From Alphaproteobacteria bacterium (GTDB lineage Bacteria; Pseudomonadota; Alphaproteobacteria; RF32; CAG-239): a stretch of 64,000 bases of DNA. Both the position numbers and the translations under genes were made by a program. The notes under the pieces were generated by a model. The model made no database searches and was not told the DNA's origin. It saw nothing but the letters and a program-made list of their open reading frames with translations. Below, piece after piece: positions 27,686-36,670 of this stretch (the stretch's first letter is position 1; every line of letters starts with the position of its first letter). The stretch lies in contig JAGAZZ010000008.1 of assembly GCA_017939155.1 (NCBI GenBank), forward strand, positions 5,963-69,962, read 5' to 3'.

Positions 27686-28387
27686 ATGAAAAATCCAAAA
27701 TTTATTATGTTAGCTGTCTTGGCTGTTTTCATGGTCACATCATGCAGCCGACCGGCAAACGAAAAAGAGTTAAACAACAATTTGACGGCTTTCACGTTCA
27801 CCACTGATGACGGTAAAACCTTAACCGGTATCAAGAACAAAGAAACCAATGAGAGTGTCATCGAACCCGTCGAGTCTTCTTCGGTTATGACGGACAAGCA
27901 CGTTATCGTTATCACGGATACCCATGAACGCAAACACGTTTACACCCTGGAGGGCATAAAACTCGGCTTGTTTGATAACTGGACACATTGGATAGCAGAA
28001 GACAGAAATTACTACCACGGCACAAATTATAACAAAAATTGTTATTATTTCCCTGATAAAAAGTTATTCTGCAAAGCCACATCAGCTTATTGTGCCGCCA
28101 ACACATTGCTTTTAGAAAAGAACAATTGCTGGCAGGTGATAGACTTTCAAGGCAACACACTCTCAACGCTCAAAAAACCGTTTTGGATTGTAAAAAGCCT
28201 GCAAAAAAGGGACGGTGAAAAACTTTTCATCGTTCGCAAACAAGGCGTTGGCTACGCCATCACACACATTGATGGCTCAAATCCGAAAAAAGTTTCAAAA
28301 TCCGCCTGGAAAAAGATTGAAAAAAGTCTTACCAATCTTGAAAAAAAGAGCAACGGCGTGATTTATGCTGAAACGGACAAACTCTAA
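27686..28387 (+). CDS. paralog family lipoprotein 3 (distant)
   Basis: ATG at 27686 gives MKNPKFIMLAVLAVFMVTSC (lipobox). Shares TLTGIKNKETNE.VIEP and a C-terminal SAWKKIEK with the two upstream genes. Confidence 0.7.
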   Translation: MKNPKFIMLAVLAVFMVTSCSRPANEKELNNNLTAFTFTTDDGKTLTGIKNKETNESVIEPVESSSVMTDKHVIVITDTHERKHVYTLEGIKLGLFDNWTHWIAEDRNYYHGTNYNKNCYYFPDKKLFCKATSAYCAANTLLLEKNNCWQVIDFQGNTLSTLKKPFWIVKSLQKRDGEKLFIVRKQGVGYAITHIDGSNPKKVSKSAWKKIEKSLTNLEKKSNGVIYAETDKL

Positions 28388-28395
28388 AAGAAAAA

Positions 28396-28430
28396 AACCG
28401 GAAGCTTCAAGCTTTCGGTTTTTTTTAAGA
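28396..28430. terminator. bidirectional terminator
   Basis: AACCGGAAGC / AGCTTTCGGTT imperfect stem flanked by an A-run and a T-run. Confidence 0.6.
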
Positions 28431-28463
28431 CAAATTCAAATACACACGTGCTGATAACAACTT

Positions 28464-28628
28464 TTATTCATCATCAAGCTCTTCCTCGTCATCGGACAAT
28501 TCCACCAGCTTTCCGACAAGTTTATCAATTTTGCCGGAAAGGCGCTCTTTGCTAAACCAAGCCGCCGCACTAACACCGGCAACAGCCATAGCCGCAGAAA
28601 TACAAATCAGAAAATCTTTTTTCTTCAT
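28464..28628 (-). CDS. small membrane-anchored acidic protein (54 aa)
   Basis: Hand-translated as MKKKDFLICISAAMAVAGVSAAAWF...DDEEELDDE*. It is below the ORF-track size cutoff. Confidence 0.35.
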   Translation of the reverse strand: MKKKDFLICISAAMAVAGVSAAAWFSKERLSGKIDKLVGKLVELSDDEEELDDE

Positions 28629-28748
28629 AAAATTAAAAGTTTAGAAGTGAATACTTAAATTTTGTTTTGTATCAAAGAATAATAACTTAATAATACCAAA
28701 ACAAGCACACTGTACAGCCGTTTCTAAAAAAAGTAAAGCCTTTTTTAT

Positions 28749-29729
28749 CTACTTAATCCGCCTAAACCAAAACCCTTGCATCCGCTCAAAAAAGAAGCTT
28801 TTTTGATAAGAAATCTCATCTTTAAGTCCCGTTTTCAGGTCAAACAACACATCTTCGCTTAATTTCTTTAAGATAAGAAAACGCACCAAACGCCCCAACG
28901 AAAATTTTTCATGAAGTTTGCAAAGCCTTTTTAATAACATAACATTAAGCGCCGTCTGCCACTCTTCAATCCGCTCATCGGTTAACAAAAGAATCTGCTT
29001 AGTTAATTTCTTCTGCCAAAACCGTCTTAAGAAGAAAAAGGGGATTTTATCCAAATTATAATGCAAAAAATGCCAAAAATCCTCTGTTTTATACCCCAAA
29101 CGCACATCATCCCAGTCAATAAACGCCGAAAGTTTGCCTTTTTGAAATAAAATCTGATTATTAAAAAAATCACCGTGAATAAGGCAAAGCCGTTTTTTAT
29201 CATAATAAAGCGTTTGCAAATCTATTTGTTGAAGAAACCCCAAACAAAGCCTGTTCTTAAAGCTGTTTTTTTCTTCAAGGCGTTCTTTAAGTCCTTGTGC
29301 CAAAACAAAATTTTCATCTAAAGCAGGTTCGTGCTCCGCTGGTGCTTTTAACACGGAAAATGCTTGATAAGCTGCAAAAATCTCTTTCATTTGAGCAAAA
29401 GAAATCTGTCGGCGGGGCAGGGGATTCCCGTAATTTTTCTGTATGGTTCCATCCGCCTTGCCATACTTAAAAACGCTGTCATATTGCACACCGGCAAGCA
29501 CCGGAACATCTTTGATATGCTCGCTTAAAAACGCTGTCGTTTTATTTAATTTGTACGGGTTTTTCAGCACTTTAACCACAAAATTTTCATCATTTACTTT
29601 AACAAAAAAGTCATAGCTGAACTCGCCGCCGCGAAATTGCTTAAAATAATGAAGCTTCTTACAAAAAACTTTATCCTCAAGAAAGCCCCTAAAAGCCTTC
29701 TCCTCTTGTTTTTTCATTATGTAAACCAT
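28749..29729 (-). CDS. aminoglycoside/choline-kinase-type phosphotransferase (APH fold)
   Basis: LIHGDFFNNQILF (HGDxxxxN catalytic loop) and FIDWDD (Mg-binding). The track start at 29738 is TTG. The ATG at 29729 sits right after the shared inverted repeat, as in the paralog. Confidence 0.75.
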   Translation of the reverse strand: MVYIMKKQEEKAFRGFLEDKVFCKKLHYFKQFRGGEFSYDFFVKVNDENFVVKVLKNPYKLNKTTAFLSEHIKDVPVLAGVQYDSVFKYGKADGTIQKNYGNPLPRRQISFAQMKEIFAAYQAFSVLKAPAEHEPALDENFVLAQGLKERLEEKNSFKNRLCLGFLQQIDLQTLYYDKKRLCLIHGDFFNNQILFQKGKLSAFIDWDDVRLGYKTEDFWHFLHYNLDKIPFFFLRRFWQKKLTKQILLLTDERIEEWQTALNVMLLKRLCKLHEKFSLGRLVRFLILKKLSEDVLFDLKTGLKDEISYQKSFFFERMQGFWFRRIK

Positions 29730-29731
29730 AA

Positions 29732-29922
29732 AGTCCAAGTCCTAAAGTCCGGGTTACACTCTCCATAAACCACCGTCTAGTTTATCTATTATTTTTGTAT
29801 CCTGCTAATTTTTTCTTGTCAACCTAAATAATTAAAATTCCCTGTTTTTTCATTTTAAACTTTATTAAAGTTTCAACTCTCCATAAACGGTCGTTTATGA
29901 CTAGGAGCTAAGGACTTGGACT
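29732..29922. promoter_or_regulatory. divergent control region with inverted and palindromic repeats
   Basis: AGTCCAAGTCCT (29732-29743) pairs with AGGACTTGGACT (29911-29922). CTCTCCATAAAC occurs twice in the same orientation (29759, 29877), each opening an ATAAAC...GTTTAT palindrome. Confidence 0.5.
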
Positions 29923-29926
29923 AACG

Positions 29927-30880
29927 ATGACTAACACATTCAATAAACAAAATAAAAAACAACTCAAAACCTTCCTCGAACACAACATATTTCATTCTAA
30001 ACTGATGAATTTCCGCCAATTTCACTCTGGCGGTATGAGTTATAATTTTTATGCCTCAACGCCAAACGATTCCTATTTTATAAAACTCTTAAAAAGACCC
30101 TATAAACCAAACCCTATTATCCAGCTTATTCAGCCAAACCTACTAAAAATCCCCGCATTTCAAGGCCTGAAAATAGAAAAGCTTTTTTATTTTCAAAACC
30201 AAAGCGGCTTCATTCAAAAATATTATGGCACAACGCTTCCCTATAAAGACATCACAACAAAACAAATAAACGAAATATTAAACGCTCACCAAATACTAAC
30301 GTCTTTAAACGTTCCTGTCAGTAAAGATTTTATAAAAACAAAATACATTCAATCTTATGAAGCACTAAAATTAAAATCAGAACAAAGCAATACCTTGCAA
30401 TACCGTTTGATAAGATTCTTTTTGGCTCAAATTTCCCCCAAAACGCTTATTTACGAGTCTTCAAAATTAAAAGTGATACACGGTGATTTTCACGCCCGCC
30501 AAATTCTTTTTAAAAATGGGCACCTTTTTGCTTTCATTGACTGGGAAGATTGCCGTTTCGGTTATCCGGCTGAAGATTACTGGTATTTTATATGGTACAA
30601 CCAAAAACCCGGCCTAAATCTGCTAAAAAATATCTTATCTCGTGCAAAAATAGCAAAACAAATTTTAAACCGCTCATCCGTCCCCTATAATGAATGGGAA
30701 ACCGCAATAAATATATATTTATTATCAAAGCTTGAAGCTATGTCTCATAAAATAAGTCTCGGCAGAATAATTCGCTTTGTATCCGCAAGAAATTTTGCTC
30801 TAAAATTATTAACGAAAATCAAACAAAAAGAAGCAAAAACATCTTTGTTACAACCAAAAATTTTACCTATATCGATATAA
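29927..30880 (+). CDS. APH-fold phosphotransferase, paralog of 28749-29729
   Basis: VIHGDFHARQILF and FIDWEDCRFGYPAEDYW; collinear with the divergent neighbour. Confidence 0.75.
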   Translation: MTNTFNKQNKKQLKTFLEHNIFHSKLMNFRQFHSGGMSYNFYASTPNDSYFIKLLKRPYKPNPIIQLIQPNLLKIPAFQGLKIEKLFYFQNQSGFIQKYYGTTLPYKDITTKQINEILNAHQILTSLNVPVSKDFIKTKYIQSYEALKLKSEQSNTLQYRLIRFFLAQISPKTLIYESSKLKVIHGDFHARQILFKNGHLFAFIDWEDCRFGYPAEDYWYFIWYNQKPGLNLLKNILSRAKIAKQILNRSSVPYNEWETAINIYLLSKLEAMSHKISLGRIIRFVSARNFALKLLTKIKQKEAKTSLLQPKILPISI

Positions 30881-30941
30881 TCCCCATTCAAAAACGACCT
30901 CATTAACAATAACCCCCGCATAAAGCGGGGCTTATCGTTAA

Positions 30942-31033
30942 TGGCGGAGAGATAGGGATTCGAACCCTAGGTACCCCGAAAAGAGTACAATTGATTTCGA
31001 GTCAACCGCATTCGACCACTCTGCCATCTCTCC
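30942..31033 (-). tRNA. tRNA-Ser (anticodon CGA)
   Basis: 92-nt class II tRNA. GGAGAGA acceptor, anticodon loop CTCGAAA, long variable arm, GGTTCGAATCC T-arm, encoded CCA. Confidence 0.9.
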
Positions 31034-31098
31034 AATGCCTCTCGTTTATAGCGCACAAAAAATAAAAAGCAAGCACTTTTTTTTGACTTTCCACTTGC

Positions 31099-32502
31099 TT
31101 ATCTCTCAAACGTTTTCCCCCGAACATACATCGTACCGTTGCCCCAACGATTAAGCTGCTCAATAACTTCCTTTTGTCCTAAAATTTTATCAACGCTGTT
31201 TGTTTGGTATTTATCAATCATTTGAGCAAACCAAACCGCCACCTCGCCAATGCCGACCTTACCTTTGTCCGTGTTAATCGTTCCATAATTAACCGCTTTT
31301 TGCGCCTCAATTCCGTGAATTTCTTTATAAATTTTATCCTCAAGCGCTAAAGAATAAAGCGTAGGTCCGAGCTCTGCAAGCCAATCGCACTCGGTATAAG
31401 TCTCTGTAAAGACATCAATATCTTCCTTATAATCATCCTGCGGCGTTTCCATCGAAACCGGTTCTTGTTGCATCACGTGCTGAAGCTCGTGAATAAGAAT
31501 TGTCCCAACCGGCGAATAATCCCCTTTAGCCAATTTTCCCGTGGCATCCACATTCAAACTAAGCTCCAGTTTATCACCTCCTTTAAAATAAAAAGCAACC
31601 GAGTTACAATTATCATCTTCATCAACTTTCGTAAACGCCCATAGCCCTTTATCTTTAACCTCATTTTTTTCAAGCCAATCCTTCAACATCGTTCGGCTAA
31701 TAGCGTTTGCCGCTACGCTGTCTTGAGGCGAAATCATAAAACGGTCATTATTGCTGTATAAAGCGCGCGCAAACTTTTCCACCCCCGGATAACGCATAGC
31801 TCGTTCCTCAAATTTGACATAATCCTGATAATATCGCCCGAACACTTCCGCTCGTTCATCAATCCAGCCCTCTTTTTTCTCCATAACCTCATCATAATCA
31901 TCACTATACTGCACCACTTTTTCAAAATAAAGAAACGCCTTCATATTGTTGTAATCTTTCAAATCAACCTCATTTTCCGTCCCTTTGATACGGCTGATTT
32001 GCGAGAGCATTTTCACCGCCTGCAATTCATACTCGTTCTTTTGCTCTAACGTTAGGGCAGGGCTCTCCTGCACATCTTTAACAACTTTAATCCCGTTTTT
32101 GATAATTTCCCAAAAATTCTCCGCATTTTCTATCCTGTGGTTAAAATCAAAATCAGTCAACACCGGCACATCTTTGCCTTTCATCAGCGCCTCGATATAA
32201 GCCCCGTCAAGCGGCTCTTTGTCACAAAGTGCCGTCAGATGATAGGTCTTGACCACTTCATTATAAACAGATTTCCACTCGGCGCGTAGCTCAACTTTAT
32301 CCTGCTCGTTAGGCGCAACCTTACCTTCAAAAGAAGCATTGTTATTACGACACGAAAACGTCACCATCATCGCTGACGCCAACATAAACGGTCGCGCTTT
32401 TTGCAAAAGCCGTTTCGGCAAAACCAACGGCGGCACGCCTTTTGAAGTAGAAAAAGCTTTTACTTTTCCTGTTAAAAACCCGCTGTAAACATCAGCTTTC
32501 AT
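31099..32502 (-). CDS. hypothetical protein with an HELQHVMQQ metallopeptidase-like motif
   Basis: 467 aa with ATG and an AGGAG SD. A hydrophobic segment ...MMVTFSC lies at aa ~40-52, and the HExxH..QQ motif at aa ~335. Confidence 0.5.
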   Translation of the reverse strand: MKADVYSGFLTGKVKAFSTSKGVPPLVLPKRLLQKARPFMLASAMMVTFSCRNNNASFEGKVAPNEQDKVELRAEWKSVYNEVVKTYHLTALCDKEPLDGAYIEALMKGKDVPVLTDFDFNHRIENAENFWEIIKNGIKVVKDVQESPALTLEQKNEYELQAVKMLSQISRIKGTENEVDLKDYNNMKAFLYFEKVVQYSDDYDEVMEKKEGWIDERAEVFGRYYQDYVKFEERAMRYPGVEKFARALYSNNDRFMISPQDSVAANAISRTMLKDWLEKNEVKDKGLWAFTKVDEDDNCNSVAFYFKGGDKLELSLNVDATGKLAKGDYSPVGTILIHELQHVMQQEPVSMETPQDDYKEDIDVFTETYTECDWLAELGPTLYSLALEDKIYKEIHGIEAQKAVNYGTINTDKGKVGIGEVAVWFAQMIDKYQTNSVDKILGQKEVIEQLNRWGNGTMYVRGKTFER

Positions 32503-32511
32503 CTCATGCTC

Positions 32512-32778
32512 CTAACCCACAAACACAACCTTGGCAAGTTTGCTGTTTTTAAGAAAAAACGCATTATTTCTTTCTGCCACAAAAAGATAGCGCCTCATTT
32601 TAAGCGCCAACATTAAATCTTCATGCACAAACCCGACCTCAACGCTCTCATTTCCGCTTTTTAAAACGGCAGATTGCTCGCCTTCATTGATTTCAAGCCG
32701 CATATCCATAGCAAAATTAAGCCCGGAAACCAACTCCAGCAGCACTTCGCCCATTTCATTTAATAAAAAACATCCCAT
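32512..32778 (-). CDS. small hypothetical protein
   Basis: The ATG at 32778 has a GGAG SD (the track start at 32784 is TTG). Sits 10 nt downstream of the HExxH gene. Confidence 0.4.
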   Translation of the reverse strand: MGCFLLNEMGEVLLELVSGLNFAMDMRLEINEGEQSAVLKSGNESVEVGFVHEDLMLALKMRRYLFVAERNNAFFLKNSKLAKVVFVG

Positions 32779-32849
32779 CGACAACTCCGGTTATTTCTTA
32801 ACACATACCGAAGTATACCTCATTTTTTGTCTGAATACAAGCAAAAAAA

Positions 32850-33638
32850 TCAAGCAATAACCCGTCTGATATAAGAAATATCATCAAGCCACGGCTGAAC
32901 ATCGTTTGGAATGCCGTGTCCGGTTTCCATCGTCAAAAGGGCTCCCTCATCGGTAAACTCACGCACCAAGCGCCGTAAATCATAATTCCCCTCGCCATAA
33001 TGCAAGTGGCTGTCGTTCGTGCTCTCAACTTCACCATCGCATAAATGATACATCGAGGGTTTTAACGCCTTAAACCCGCTCAAAACTTCATAAATATCGC
33101 GTTTAGAACTGTTTGCCCCGCAAATTGCGTGTGAAAAATCAAGGCAGAACTTAGCCCCGGTTTCCTCAATAAAACGCTTAATTTCCTCAACCGTCACGCC
33201 GTGCAAAAGCCGTTTTGTCTGCGAGCAATACGCCGGCAAATTTTCAACTGTCAAACGTGCATCGTTCATTGCCTTAAATTGTCGGATACTTTCCGCCAAA
33301 CACGCTTCACCGACACCGCACCCGGGGTGTAAAATAATCATCTCTGCGTTAAGCAAATCCGCAAACTGTTGCGCTGCTTCCAAACGCTTCTTATTGTTGT
33401 CAAATTCTTCTTTAACTGCCAAATCAAGCCCTTGCATAGCGTGTGAAGCGTGAATAATCGTTTTAATTTGCCCAAACCGCGCCTTAACTTCTTCTTTTAT
33501 CTCTTCAAACAAAAAGGGCAGGGCAAACAACTCCAAATAATCGAATTTTCCTTCTTTAAGTGCTTTCTCTGCGTCTGCCACAAAATCAATATTTTTTACA
33601 AAATCTTTAGACCAAAGCTTTAAACCAAACCGTCGCAT
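32850..33638 (-). CDS. xylose-isomerase-like TIM-barrel (AP endonuclease 2 superfamily) protein
   Basis: Pattern of H/D/E metal ligands (IIHASH, ILHPG, TVENL, CLDFSHA, LHLCDG, HLHYGEG). ATG at 33638. Confidence 0.55.
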   Translation of the reverse strand: MRRFGLKLWSKDFVKNIDFVADAEKALKEGKFDYLELFALPFLFEEIKEEVKARFGQIKTIIHASHAMQGLDLAVKEEFDNNKKRLEAAQQFADLLNAEMIILHPGCGVGEACLAESIRQFKAMNDARLTVENLPAYCSQTKRLLHGVTVEEIKRFIEETGAKFCLDFSHAICGANSSKRDIYEVLSGFKALKPSMYHLCDGEVESTNDSHLHYGEGNYDLRRLVREFTDEGALLTMETGHGIPNDVQPWLDDISYIRRVIA

Positions 33639-33756
33639 TTTTACCCCCGAAAACAATTAAAGTCCGCCGAAAGTATACGCAACCGCATAAAAAAAATCAA
33701 GCCTTTTCTATAAAAAAAACTGCCAAACACCTCAAACGAGATATTTGGCAGAAAAT

Positions 33757-34167
33757 TTAATTTTCCTCTTCAGGAAAGATGTCCTGAATCACCTTGACCC
33801 ACTTATACGGCATAAACCACCGTAAAGCCAAGGTTACAGGCAGGATTACTGCGCTCCAATTCCACTCGGTGGCAAAGAGCGCCAAAAAGCCATACAGAAG
33901 CACCATAACAGCTATCCAATAGCTTCTGTAAAACTTCCAACTGGCTTCGCTGGTATGGTAAAATATTTCCACCGACAGCCAAATCAAAGCCATTGCCCCA
34001 AACCAAGCCAAGTAGCCTTGACGGATGAAAATGTTGCATAACTCTTCAACCGTAGCGGCACTCAAGCCTACAGCCAAGACGAATGACGCCATTGACACAA
34101 CGATGGTCATAAACCACACCACGTCCTCATACTTTTTCAGAGGTTCTTTGATTTTTTTATTTTCCAT
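33757..34167 (-). CDS. 4-TM membrane protein
   Basis: 136 aa with four hydrophobic helices. Confidence 0.5.
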   Translation of the reverse strand: MENKKIKEPLKKYEDVVWFMTIVVSMASFVLAVGLSAATVEELCNIFIRQGYLAWFGAMALIWLSVEIFYHTSEASWKFYRSYWIAVMVLLYGFLALFATEWNWSAVILPVTLALRWFMPYKWVKVIQDIFPEEEN

Positions 34168-34519
34168 AATTTTATATTTAAATAATATATTGTTAAACAG
34201 TTATAGAATACCACATTTTTCACCTTTTGGCAACAAAAAAATATTCCCTAAAAACACAATCCCCTCCATACGTCATTGCGAGGCGTGTGACGTGAGTCAC
34301 ATATCGCCGTGGCAAACTTCTCTTAGTGCTGCTAGCGAGCATAGCGAACGCAGCAACACTTAGTTGTTCGTACAAGTAGAAGCGAAGCTTCGTAACGGTA
34401 CAATCCATAACTTGTGCAAAGCACACTTTTTTATTGTGGATAACCCCAAACAAAACTTGCCCTAAAGCCCACTCTAATAATTACACTAAAACCGTTTCTA
34501 ACATCAAAAGGAGAGTCAA

Positions 34520-35113
34520 ATGAAAAAGAAAATGCTTAGCCTCATCTTAGCTATCCTCATCTCAGGCACAATGTCCGCCGCTGCAACCGAAGACACAATG
34601 GGGCAGGAATGGGAAAAAATCTCAATTTATGACATTAAAAATCCGGCCACGCTATTTGGCGAAGAATGGGCAGCTGTCGCCGCCGGAAACAAAGAAAGCT
34701 TTAACGCCATGACAATCGGCTGGGGGCAATTCGGCATTTTATGGAAACGCCCGATTATGACAATTTATGTCGCTCCCGAACGCTATACAAACGAATTTCT
34801 TGATAAAAATGAATACTTTACGGTCACCGGCTTCCCGCAAACACAAAAACAAGCCTTAGTCTATATCGGCACACACTCCGGCCGCAATGAAGACAAGCTC
34901 GCCAAAGCCGGATTAACCCCAATCTTCACCCCTTTGGGCAATCCGATTTTTAAAGAGGCAAATCTCGCTGTTGAATGTAAAATCATTTATAAAGAACCAT
35001 TTAAGAGCGAACTCTTAGACCAAAAAGCCAAAGACCTCTACGCTGCCAAGAAAATCACGCCCCATGTTCAATACATTGGTGAAGTCATAAACGTTTGGCG
35101 CAAAAAAGAATAA
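34520..35113 (+). CDS. flavin-reductase-like domain protein with an N-terminal signal sequence
   Basis: NAMTIGWGQFGILWKRPIMTIYV.PERYT.EF...EYFTV resembles the split-barrel FMN-binding family. Confidence 0.5.
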   Translation: MKKKMLSLILAILISGTMSAAATEDTMGQEWEKISIYDIKNPATLFGEEWAAVAAGNKESFNAMTIGWGQFGILWKRPIMTIYVAPERYTNEFLDKNEYFTVTGFPQTQKQALVYIGTHSGRNEDKLAKAGLTPIFTPLGNPIFKEANLAVECKIIYKEPFKSELLDQKAKDLYAAKKITPHVQYIGEVINVWRKKE

Positions 35114-35132
35114 CCAACGCCGATAAACAAAA

Positions 35133-35167
35133 AATCGCCAACTCCTCAAAGTTTGGCGATTTTTTTA
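35133..35167 (+). terminator. intrinsic terminator
   Basis: AATCGCCAA / TTGGCGATT stem followed by a T-run. Confidence 0.7.
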
Positions 35168-35212
35168 AACTCTAATAGATTGTAAGCTCTACTGCAAACT
35201 TATTATCTGCAA

Positions 35213-35710
35213 TTATAAAGCGACATCTATGTCTTGGATTTGTTTTTTACGTTGATACGTTTTTCCGTTTTTGCGGAAAAATTCCCCGATAAGGATTTGA
35301 GCACCGCCGGAACAAAGCACGGCTCTGGTGTATTTTCCGCTACCATCCGGCGTAAAATGAATCATCGGTTCATAGTCGACCAGAGCCGAATAAAGGCATT
35401 CACCGGAATCTGCGCTATACAGTGCAATGCACCAATACCCCGAAGCACCAAAAGGGTCGCGATATCTCCAAAAAACAAACAAACGCAGCGCCTCATTAAA
35501 TGACATCTTGTACTCAGGCGAAAGAATAACCCTGCCTTGTTTTGCAAGACCATACTCCGTCCAACTTCCGCCAAAAATACTATACCCTTGTTTGGTTATC
35601 AGATGACAGCCGCCATACTTTGTGTAAGTAATTGTGCTACCGGCATTGGCAGGAAGCGTCAAACACACGCTGCAAAAAACTACAGCTAACAAAAAAATAA
35701 TTCTTTTCAT
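35213..35710 (-). CDS. secreted hypothetical protein
   Basis: Signal peptide MKRIIFLLAVVFCSVCLTLPANA. Confidence 0.5.
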   Translation of the reverse strand: MKRIIFLLAVVFCSVCLTLPANAGSTITYTKYGGCHLITKQGYSIFGGSWTEYGLAKQGRVILSPEYKMSFNEALRLFVFWRYRDPFGASGYWCIALYSADSGECLYSALVDYEPMIHFTPDGSGKYTRAVLCSGGAQILIGEFFRKNGKTYQRKKQIQDIDVAL

Positions 35711-35974
35711 AAATACAGTTTTTTAATGTTATACAAAATCTTTATCTTCATAATACTCTTAATGAACGCTAATATAAAGATTTTTTTTTAAAAAGCAATC
35801 TTTTTTTGTCATTTTTGATGAAATTTCCTAAATTTTCCTCAAAAGAGCAGGGCGCTGATAACAAAAATTTATTTAATATTGCCTTTACTTTTAATAAAAA
35901 CATCTTGACAAAAAAACTCAAATGATTATCGTAAGCCGGTATTTTTTATTATTTTAAAACTAAATTTATTTATT

Positions 35975-36631
35975 ATGTCAAATTCTTTCACATCAACTCT
36001 TGGCGTGATAACGTTCAACGAGTTCAAAACATTGTTTTACCGTACGTTAGCGGAAAAAACAGCAAAAAATCCCAAACTTTTGACCAATAAAAGCAGGGAA
36101 TACGCCAAAGCTTTGTCTTTGCAAACAAGCGAATCAGACAACTATGATTTCAAAACAGACCTCAAAATCGGCTTTGAAAAGCTCTATGACATCACGACCG
36201 AAATCGCTGATAAAATCAAAGCCGGAGCTCTTGTAAATAGCTGGACATCGCTTCTGTTAAAACACTGGGAAGACCCTGATAAAACTGTTAAAACAATGTT
36301 TAACCTGTTAGCGGGCTCTTATGCCGACATACTCTTATTAAAAGGGAGCAGGGTGCTCTTAAACCCTGTTTTTATGTTTGACAAAGACCTCATTAAATCA
36401 TATTTGGAAACACCGCAAAACGTTACGTCTTCTTTTGTAGCAGCACCGCTGCCGTTGTACCTTCACATGGAATACTTCTATTTTGAAAACTCCCCGGCAA
36501 CGCCGTCATGCTACAAACAGCAAAATATCGGAACGGAATTTGTAAAGCGCTTTTTTAACGCTATAAACAGCTATTCCGCCGTCTTGCCTCAAGAAAACGT
36601 AAAAAGAACTTTCCAAGATTATCTAAAATGA
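35975..36631 (+). CDS. hypothetical protein
   Basis: 218-aa ORF followed by a strong terminator. No motif recognised. Confidence 0.45.
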   Translation: MSNSFTSTLGVITFNEFKTLFYRTLAEKTAKNPKLLTNKSREYAKALSLQTSESDNYDFKTDLKIGFEKLYDITTEIADKIKAGALVNSWTSLLLKHWEDPDKTVKTMFNLLAGSYADILLLKGSRVLLNPVFMFDKDLIKSYLETPQNVTSSFVAAPLPLYLHMEYFYFENSPATPSCYKQQNIGTEFVKRFFNAINSYSAVLPQENVKRTFQDYLK

Positions 36632-36641
36632 ATGAACAAAT

Positions 36642-36670
36642 AGCCGGACCAAACCTCCGGCTGTTTTTTT
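36642..36670 (+). terminator. intrinsic terminator
   Basis: AGCCGGA / TCCGGCT stem followed by 7 T. Confidence 0.7.

Noticed and set aside
34025-34453. 112-aa and 77-aa ORFs upstream of the flavin-reductase-like gene
   Set aside because: They are mutually overlapping on opposite strands across a GC-rich palindromic island, with no SD and no recognisable motifs.
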